Position numbers and translations under genes: made by a program
Shown: in pieces, positions 55,780 to 64,000 of the stretch
How the letters are laid out: each line of letters starts with the position of its first letter
How positions within the stretch are numbered: position 1 is the stretch's first letter
Source of the DNA: Azolla caroliniana
Lineage: Eukaryota > Plantae > Polypodiophyta
Direction: 5' to 3'
NCBI GenBank assembly: GCA_043228905.1
Contig: JBHGNT010000006.1
Span: forward strand, 2,666,001-2,730,000
DNA: 64,000 nucleotides
The notes under the pieces: generated by a model
What the model was told of the DNA's origin: nothing
Databases searched by the model: none
The model's input: the letters and a program-made list of their open reading frames with translations, nothing else

Positions 55780-58700
55780 CTACCCCTCATCTCATCATCA
55801 TTGGTTTAGCTCATCAGCTCTGATAATCTTTTGAGTCCAAGAGAAGGAATGTTTAGCCAATGTTTTGATGCAGGTAAACTTTTGGTAAAAATATCCACCA
55901 AGTTCTTGCTTGATTGAATAGGTTGTACGTTGATATAATTATCATTAACCTCACGAGTAAAGGAAAACTTAGGAGAAATATGTTTGATTCGATCACCTTT
56001 AATAAAGCCTTTCTTGAATTGATTAACTGTTGGTAATGATGGGCCGATAAAACCACAAGAACTTTCAATATGCCCAATTAAGCGTTGTAACCATAGGCAT
56101 TCTCGGCTTGCTTCATGTAATGCCAATATCTCAGCATGATTTGAAGATGTTGCAGCCAATGTTTACTTTGTTGATCGCCAAGAGATCGTTGTGCCACCAA
56201 CAAGGAAAACATATCCTGTTTGTGATCTGCCAACGTGAGGGTCAGATAAAAACCCAGTGTCAGAATAACCGGTCAATTGACCGTGCATAGAATTGCTGGG
56301 AAAGAAAAGACCCATATCTTGAGTGCCTCGTAAATATCGGAAAATTTGCTTAATTCCAATCCAGTGTCTTCTAGTAGGATCGTGACTATATCGAGCCAAC
56401 AAATTGACAATGAACGAAATGTCCGAACGCGTACAATTGGCCAAATACATAAGTGCACCAACAACAACCATGTAAGGATACTGTGGTTCCAATGCTGACT
56501 CGTTAGAAAATCTTGGCCAAAATGGGTCACAAGAAGGATCTAGAGAGCGCACTACCATAAGAGTTCTAATAAAATGAGCTTGATACATAGAAAACCATTT
56601 TAATATTTTATGGAATAACAGAGCTCTGATGAAGATGAATTCCATTAGATAGGTGCTCGATCTGAAGACCCAAGTAGAATGTAGCTAACCGAGGTCTTTT
56701 ATTTCAAATTGGCAGCTAAGCATAGCAACAACATTTTCAATAGCATTGGATGTTCCATATAATATTGAGATCATCAACATAAATAGCAATGATGACAAAT
56801 TCTTTGAGATAATGCTTGATAAATATACAAGGTCAAATATCATCATCTTTAAATCCATGAGAAAGAAGATCATGAGAGAGATGTTGATACCACATATGAC
56901 CGGCTTGTTTAAGTCCATAAAGTGACTTACATAACTTGATCAATGGATTGAGAAATTTTCCAAGCTGCATAGATTTGCAAAGTTCTTCAGGTATCTTCAT
57001 GTATATATCTTTATCCAAATCACCATAAAGATAGGTTGTAACCACATCCATGAGACGCATATGAAGACTTCGTTGAATAGTGAAATGAATCAACCAACGA
57101 AAACTCGTTGCATCCATAACCGAAGAATATGTATCGGTATAATCAATACCAAATCGTTGCGTGAAACCTTGCCTTATAACGGATAACTTCTCCTTTATCA
57201 TTATGCTTCCGCACAAAAACCCAATGTTAGCTCAACTTTAATAGCTTCTTTCCACTTATCCCAAAAAGGAGATGCTTTTGCTTCTTGAATAGTTTGAGGA
57301 TCTAATTCGTTCACGAAAGTTGTCATGGGTTGATGGGGAGAGTAAAAATGATATGATGATTGTCGTAATCGGAGAAGTTGCGCGACATCAAGTATTGCAT
57401 GTCCCCATGTTGAACTATAGATTCGCAATAGCGAATAAAGGTTGTTGACGTAAACTCAGCAGCGTTGTCCATCTAAATCAACTTTATTGAAAAATATGGG
57501 AATTGAGCACGCAACTTGATGATAAGGATGAGGAGTCGAGGCAACGCCATGTTGTGATTAGAAAGAAGTGTGACGTGAGAAAAACACGATGAAGCATCTT
57601 TGACTCCCATGAAGTAATAAAATAGTCCAGAAGGAGGGTGCACTAGTCCATGGATATCACCATGTATACGCTCCAAAAAATTTGGTGATTCATACGGTTC
57701 CTTGTGCAAGGAAGGACAAATCACCAATTTTCGTTGTGCACATGGAACACAAAAACGAGTTTTAACTCGATTCAAGTATTCCAACTTTAAAGGTATATCT
57801 TGAACATTATTGATCATTCTCCTAATCATTGTATGGCAAGGATGACCTAGTCTAACTCATCAATAACTTGGGTAGTATTTGACAGGTGCTTGACAACTCG
57901 CATTGTCTTTTTCCCATCTTGCTTCGATGTCATGAGGTGGTATCCATCGTGTCGCATATCTACAAATGCAAGAAGATTTCTCAGCAAGGTATGCACAATC
58001 AATAAGACAAATAAAATTACTTGTATGCAAATAAATCATATGGGCTTCAATCATGTTACCTTCGGGCTCAAATTCCAAAGGTTGATCCATAAAACTATAT
58101 TCCAATATTGGAATTGATGGTGAGATCGTTGATGTTTTTGCTACCTTATTAGCCTCCAATTTCCTATCTTGACCTTGCTTGCCATACTTTTGGTAAAGAT
58201 CAACATGAAACTTAGAAGTTCAGCAAGTATTTGCCCAATGCCCTCGTAAACCACATCGAAGACATGAATTTGATGAAGACTTATCTTGACTTGACTTTGA
58301 TTGATGATGCATTTGCTTGACTTGATTACTTGTAGGATATTGTTTCCTTTGTTGATTTCTTCCTCCTCCTCGATTCTGTGCATATGGGTGTTAATGACGA
58401 TGTTGTCGTCTAGAATAATTACTCTCGACATGCGACAAATCCTTGAATTGTAGAGGAGCCACAAGTTGACTAACTGGATGAATTTTGTCGTTCTTGAGGA
58501 GAACTTGGTGGTGTTGCTCAACAGTAAGAAGTGTAGATAAAAGTTCAGCATATGTTTTAAAAGATTAAAATTTGCATAAAAGTTCAATGACAAAATTAAA
58601 ATTTGCGGAATGAAAAGTACTTCACGTTTTGTTGATTAGATTCACCTCTTGAACAAGGTTTTCATCACCGCAAATTTTATGTTTAGAAACGATACCAAAT

Positions 58701-59153
58701 AGTGATATTCAGCAACTTTCTTGAAATCTTGAAAACGAAGTTGATTCCATTCATGAAAAGACTTGGGGCCAAGAACAGTTCGTTGATGATCAAAGCGGGC
58801 TTTGAATTGCTTCCAGAGAGTTGATGGATTCTTGATGGAGAAGTATTGATTTTGAAGGCTTAGATCAAGGTGATGAAGGATGAAGATGAATGCTTCCACT
58901 CCCTTCTTCCTAGTATTTGAGTTCTCCGCACCATTAAAATTACCACTTATCGTATGAAGGATATCTTTCGTCATGAGATGGCCTTCGGCATGAACCATCC
59001 AAGTCATATAATTGGACCCATCCAACGCAAGTGGCGGGAATAAGCATTTCTCTATTTGTAGAGCTTGAGAAGTCATGCTAATGGTAACAATAAGTTAGAT
59101 TTATATAAGAGAATAATTAATTACTATGGTAGAGGCTAATCGTGCTCATAACG

Positions 59154-59404
59154 TGTTATAGAATAGAGTGATTAAGTAAGATCAAAGAGTGATTAGATAT
59201 TAATCACGATCACAATACAATATCTAGATAGAGCTCATAGGCTATGCTCATCTCTATATATTCAAAATGATTGAGATACATAAGTTTTATGACTCATTAG
59301 ATGATGAGATGCATGCATACTATTTACATCATGGAGTCTTGTTAACTAGAGTTTAAGACTAAGATAAGTATAACATCACTCATGTTATGCATGAGTTCAT
59401 AACA
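59154..59404 (-). repeat. 5' LTR
   Basis: On +: TGTTATAGAATAG...GTTCATAACA, with TGTTAT/ATAACA inverted ends. PBS adjacent at 59140-59153. Confidence 0.93.
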
Positions 59405-60279
59405 AAAAAAACATTAAAAAAATAGGAAAAAACAAAAAAAAAACACAAGAATGTTTGAATAAAATTCGCATTCACTTTCCAACGTAGGAAAACGAATGTT
59501 ATACTAGACGAACACGAATTTTACATACTATGGAACCTCTAACAAATAGATCGATAACCATTAAAATAAATCAATATCTTAGTAATGAATGGATATCCTA
59601 TTGTCGAAAACCTCACGTGTCTGATTTCAAACTGTGTAATTATGTTCGAGAGCCTTTTGTCCATCGGTTTTTTACGAAGAATGCTTGATGATTGTCAATT
59701 TAATCCCGTGTATCTGTGATGAAGAACTTTATGTCATGGTTCTTTTAAAAGCTTGATGATTGTTTTAAGCCTACATATTTGTCATGGTGATCTTCCTGAA
59801 ATGTTTCTGGCGATTGTTTTAAACCTGTGTATTTGTAGAGAGATTTCTGGTGTTCTTCTTTATGAAAATGTTGCTGACATTTGTGCTTGCATTTTTGTAG
59901 TCCAGAGCTGTTATACCATTTTTCTTCCAAAGCTTGCTGATTTTTACAAACGTGTGTTTGTAATGGAGAGCACTGTGAACAACATCTTGCTTTTTGTCTG
60001 TGCATTTCTGGTTGACAGCTTTATGCCATTTTTATTCTATTTATGATGGAGAGCTTTGGGTCGTTGTTTCTGGAATAGCTTGTGTACTTTTTCATCAAGT
60101 GCTTTATATACTGATCCTTGAAAAACATGAACTTCCCTGATATATTTGAGAATGATTTCATAAGAATGAGAGAACTCTTGCAAGCTTGATTATATGTCTG
60201 TATCTAGACAGAGTTTTATCTTCATGTTTCTTTCGGAATGTGGAAGAATCTTTTCGGACTCTTGAAATCTGAATATGGT

Positions 60280-60720
60280 TGTATCTCTAGAAACACCAGT
60301 GTGTTCCTGTCCTTAAAGGATGCAAAACGATATTTTCTGAGGATATATATGCCCAGGAAAGTCATAATTGGTTGTATCTAGATTCTAGAAAGAACTTGAT
60401 GTTCAGGTTCTCGAAAGAACTTGATGTTCAGATTCTAGAAAGAACTTGATGAAGATATATTCTCATATTTGGTTCTTTTATATTCTTTTCTTGCTTATTC
60501 GGACAAGAAATGCCAGCTAACTATGGTTGTATCAAGGAAGAACCATTGGTTTACGTTCTTTTCAGGCCACAGAAGAATATTTTTCGCGAAAGTGTACTCA
60601 GAAGAGCCTGATATGGTTATATCTGAAAGAGAATTATCTTTAGGTTATATTAAAAGTTCTTTCAGATCTCAGAAGGAACTATTCTCTCAAGATCCATGCT
60701 TAAGGTCTGTACCTGTTAGT
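60280..60720. repeat. Degenerate tandem repeats in the AIRP2-like leader, including a 24-bp unit x3
   Basis: TTCT(A/C)GAAAGAACTTGATG(TTCAG) occurs three times at ~60383-60451. (A/T)TGGTT(G/A)TATCT recurs at ~60275, ~60368, ~60523 and ~60613. Confidence 0.6.
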
Positions 60721-61290
60721 AACTTTTGAGTCAGTTTTCTTTCAAAATGTAGAAGGATATTTTCGGAGGTGTGATAAGAAAATGTAGTGTGGCCGTTAAT
60801 GAAAGGAACTGTGTATTGCACTGTTTTGAGGACCAAGTAGGATTTTTTTGTCCGCTTAGGAACTCTGATTCAGCTTTTTGTACTATGTGAATTATTCTGG
60901 TTGTATCTGTTAGGAGCTTTTATGTGTACAGCTATTTCAGGATTTTAGTCCTTTTCTCCTTGAACTGTGTTTTGAAACAATGGCCATTTCCTTATCGCTA
61001 TTGTGATTGTATGTGATAGTAACTTTACATGTTGCTATTTTAGGTTTTGGTTCTTATTTTGTGAAAATAGGTTGTCTTTGGTAGAATGTTGGAGTGCAAC
61101 ACGTCTTGACAGAATTGATCTTAAGCTAAAGCTGTCAAGCTCTCGAATGTCCGAGCTATAGTTTTTCACAGTTTCTTCCCACTGAAACCCACACTTAACT
61201 AGGATATATGTCCCATTCAGCCAAGTTTTTTGTATATGATTCAGTTTTCTGAAAAATGCAAGTTATGAGTGATTCTTGCTGTCAATTCAG

Positions 61291-61918
61291 GGCTTTGTGT
61301 TCTCCCAGTGGAAAGGAAGATGTATGTTTCCAAATGAGGCTCAATTATGGCCCTACTGCACATTTCCTGATGTTCTTTATTAGTTGGACTGACTGTAGAT
61401 TGGCTGGCACACTAGAACTTCTACATATCCTTATTTATAAGCTAAATTTCATTATTTTCATAGCATTTCTAGCATAAAAGGATACCATCATGGTATATCA
61501 ATGCCTCTCAGGTGATGAAAGATGGGAATACCTCAATGTCAGTGAGTGAACGGAAGGCAAGCCGTCGAGAGTTCTATGGTAAAGTCCTGTTGCTTTTGTT
61601 CACATTTTATTGTGATGCTCTATTGTGATATCATTTTATTGCTTTTAATAAGACTCAAAGAACTCTAAATCCTAAAACGTAAACCGGTGCTGTAGCTTTT
61701 CTTCACATTATATTCTGATGCTTTAATGTTATTTGGATAAAACTTTTAATAAGATTTAAAGAACTCTAAATCCTAAAACCTAAACTGTTCCTGTAGCTTT
61801 TCTTCACATTATATTCTGATGCTTTAATGTTGTTTGGATGAAGCTTTTCATAAGACCTTTTTCTAATTCCTTTGCAGCTTTCATACCTCCATCATTGTGT
61901 CCTAGGAAGCATTCCTGA
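61291..61918 (+). pseudogene. AIRP2: AIRP2-like RING E3 ligase N-terminal fragment (no RING domain, broken donor)
   Basis: Exon-like 61291-61441 encodes CFQMRLNYGPTAHFLMFFISWTDCRLAGTLELLHILIYK. 61512-61578 encodes VMKDGNTSMSVSERKASRREFY. From 61878 it reads AFIPPSLCPRKHS*. These match the AIRP2 family motifs QMRLSYSPAAH, WTDC.LAGALGLL.ILIYK and DGKTTMS..ERKASIREFY. The donor after IYK reads CT, not GT, and no first exon is recognisable. Confidence 0.75.
61657..61840. repeat. Tandem duplication (~80-bp core, ~101-bp period) in an AIRP2-like intron
   Basis: AAAGAACTCTAAATCCTAAAAC...CTGTAGCTTTTCTTCACATTATATTCTGATGCTTTAATGTT.TTTGGAT occurs twice. Confidence 0.85.
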
Positions 61919-63229
61919 GAATACTGCCCAACAGCAACATAGCAGATGTCTCGATAAAGATAAGAAGATTGCCAGGGTGCCACCATTCGATGTGTCTGCG
62001 GTGCTACAGGGACTAGTAAAAGCTCATATTGATCATTTATTGTCAAGAAGTTGATCATGAAATGATTTAGATTTCAAAATATTTTAGGATTAATTTTTTG
62101 ATTATATGCTATGGAATCATCAATTTTGTTATGGATTAGAATCCGTTTATTGTGCTCTGAAATTACCTAAAAGTAGCATTATGATTGCTACGCCCCCTAA
62201 ATGTGTTCATCCATTTTGCTATGCCATGGGATCATAGTGGCTTATCTAAAGTAGCATTTATGCATACTAGTACTTCTAAATGCCCTGGGATCATTGGATC
62301 ACTGAAGGAGAAAAAACTCATGAACACTGTAGATTGCTGTACATTTGTATTTATTTACTGGAGCCACAAGCAAAAGTTTGTTCGATAGCCGCACGCCAGT
62401 AGTATTCAGGGGCTCTTGTATATTGTTGAAGATTGATTTCTAGAGTAGAAAATAAGGCTACATCGGTGCAAAGTCAGATAGATGTTATCGTAACAAATGT
62501 ATGAAGGTATTTTAGAAATGTGTTATGCATGTGAAGCAATGCATCGTCATTCTTCTTTACAATTCTTCCTGCTCTCCCCTCATTTGTACGCATGTGTTAT
62601 GCATGTGAAGCAAGGTTTAAATCTAAGCAAAAAGTATATAGCTAACCTTTTTAATTAGGTATTCTTGCCTTTAATCGATGGATCTAGCATACAATCTACA
62701 AGAGTATAATTAATTGTAGCAAATACGTTAAGAATAGGTTTTGATGTTTATATAAAGAAAAAAAACATATGCATCTCCAACGTGACATTAAATGTTTCAA
62801 GTGTTAATGTTATAGGAAGGTTTTATTATGTCACGCATTTGGTAAATACATGTAGTTCTTTAATCTTTTATCATGTAAATACTATTCTTTAATTAAGAAG
62901 GTTTAGGGACTATGTACCTGTCCATGGTAGCTACTACTAGACGTACGCTTTCAGACCTTCAGTTTATTTTTTAGTATGTATTCACGCTTAATTTGTATTT
63001 CAATTCTGCATGAGGCATTTAGAAAATTCATGTACATATATGGTATCTCATGGAAAATGTAATATATGTAGGAAGAGATCTTGTAATGTTGAACAATCTA
63101 TAAAAAATACTTGGATTGTCTTTAAAGAAAATGACAATTTTCATTTGACATCTATCTTTCTTCAATTGCAATTGTCCTTGGATTGTGGCACTTCTCTATA
63201 TTTGGGAGCTAAAACAATATTGACATTAT

Positions 63230-64000
63230 TACATTGCAACACTCCTTAGGGATGACAATCTTATGAGAAAGGTGTAGAAATGTGTGGCTCTTTTGGTAGT
63301 GGGTGCAAGTTTTAAGGATAGCAAGAATAGTGTACATTTGGATAAAGAGCCAAGAATGTCACTTGCAAGATGGTTATCAAATGATATGTTCATATTTCTG
63401 GCATTTTGTGTTGAAGCACAACTCAACTCTTCTTTGGAGGAGCATTGCTTCCAGCAACATAGTATCAATTATGTTGGTTAGCACAAAAGGTGGAAGATCA
63501 ACTTTTAAAGCACGAGAGAGCTCATGAGGAAGCATAGCAAGTAACAATCCAAATTTCTCTTCAAAATTAGTTGCTCTTCTCCATTCTCTTTTGAATGCAT
63601 CACAAAGATTTCTCAACTATGATGACTCCATCCAGGTGATAGTAAATATGAGGTAGCCCTTAACATTTGGTTTCCATGGGTCTTTTGTGAATCGACAACG
63701 TCTTGAGGAAAGTATAACCTATTGTTTCTTTCCCACCACTTGCATTGTAGTTGTTAAGTACATTACAAGTTCCATGTGAAGCAGAATGCTTCCTAGTCGC
63801 ATCGAACAACCATGCGGGTGATGTCAGGATACCTTGTACTATGACTTCTTGCCCTCTTTTCCGATCAAATGGCTTTATATGTGCCATCGATACCTACACA
63901 ATCAATTCAAAGTCAATAAGGTCAAAACAATTTAAAGAGGTGAGCAGTTCGCAATATAATAGAACACAAGCAATATAGCATGTTACATAAACAATTCTAT
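63230..64000 (-). mobile_element. Degenerate hAT (Ac-like) transposase remnant, probably continuing beyond the window
   Basis: With one frameshift, the minus strand at ~63590-63700 reads LSI/TKDPWKPNVKGYLIFTITWMESS*LRNLCDAFKR. This resembles the first catalytic-Asp block of hAT transposases (S.T.D.W....GY...T.HWID..W.L....AF). Confidence 0.55.

Larger units (their letters stand above)
55529..59404 (-). mobile_element. Full-length, internally decayed Ty1/copia LTR retrotransposon, Bianca-like lineage
   Basis: 251-bp LTRs at 55529-55779 and 59154-59404, with 6 differences by manual count. Gag start FPPLALDGSNYMTW, INT FLERIHGDIHG, RT LMDVVTTYLYGDLD and SLYGLKQAG, Bianca-type VVRSLDP..DPF and KHISPKF. 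PPT (minus strand GATGAGATGAGGGGTAG) lies next to the 3' LTR. Imperfect TSD AATAA/AAAAA. Confidence 0.95.
55367..59533. mobile_element. MITE-like DNA element (~290 bp when empty, 10-bp TIR) split by the LTR retrotransposon
   Basis: CCATAGTATG at 55367 and CATACTATGG ending at 59533 are perfect inverted termini. The halves 55367-55528 and 59405-59533 join at an A-rich tract. A related uninterrupted copy lies at ~35.3-35.5 kb. No clean TSD. Confidence 0.65.

Noticed and set aside
37561-61918. A functional ABA/stress gene cluster (PP2C-A, AIRP2-like, LPR)
   Set aside because: The genes are separated by unrelated loci and TEs, two are damaged, and an 8-bp ABRE is common. There is no evidence of co-regulation.

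Overview
Nuclear DNA from a land plant: AT-rich, with GT-AG introns, TTTAGGG repeats and many microsatellites. Gene content and repeat types suggest a seed-free vascular plant such as a fern, but that is inference. I reconstructed six apparently intact spliced genes by eye, all on the + strand with exon sums divisible by 3: an R2R3-MYB of the MYB80/MS188 clade, a group-I bZIP with a GC-AG intron, an RmlD/MAT2B-like NAD(P)-binding reductase, a lipoate-protein ligase A-like gene, a clade-A PP2C and a 2xRRM Gly-rich hnRNP. Two genes are damaged: an LPR-type multicopper oxidase with one in-frame TAA, and an AIRP2-like E3 fragment with a broken splice donor. Mobile DNA includes a complete but internally decayed Bianca-type Ty1/copia element with a half-tRNA-type primer site, nested in a MITE. 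There is also an LTR-less copia fragment with an inverted 5' segment, a hAT transposase remnant, and several copies of a non-LTR retroelement that share a 3' hairpin and sit in microsatellites. Several genes carry their own degenerate tandem-repeat arrays in the promoter, leader or first intron. I found no tRNA, rRNA, CRISPR array or recognisable miRNA. No database searches were possible; family assignments come from remembered motifs.
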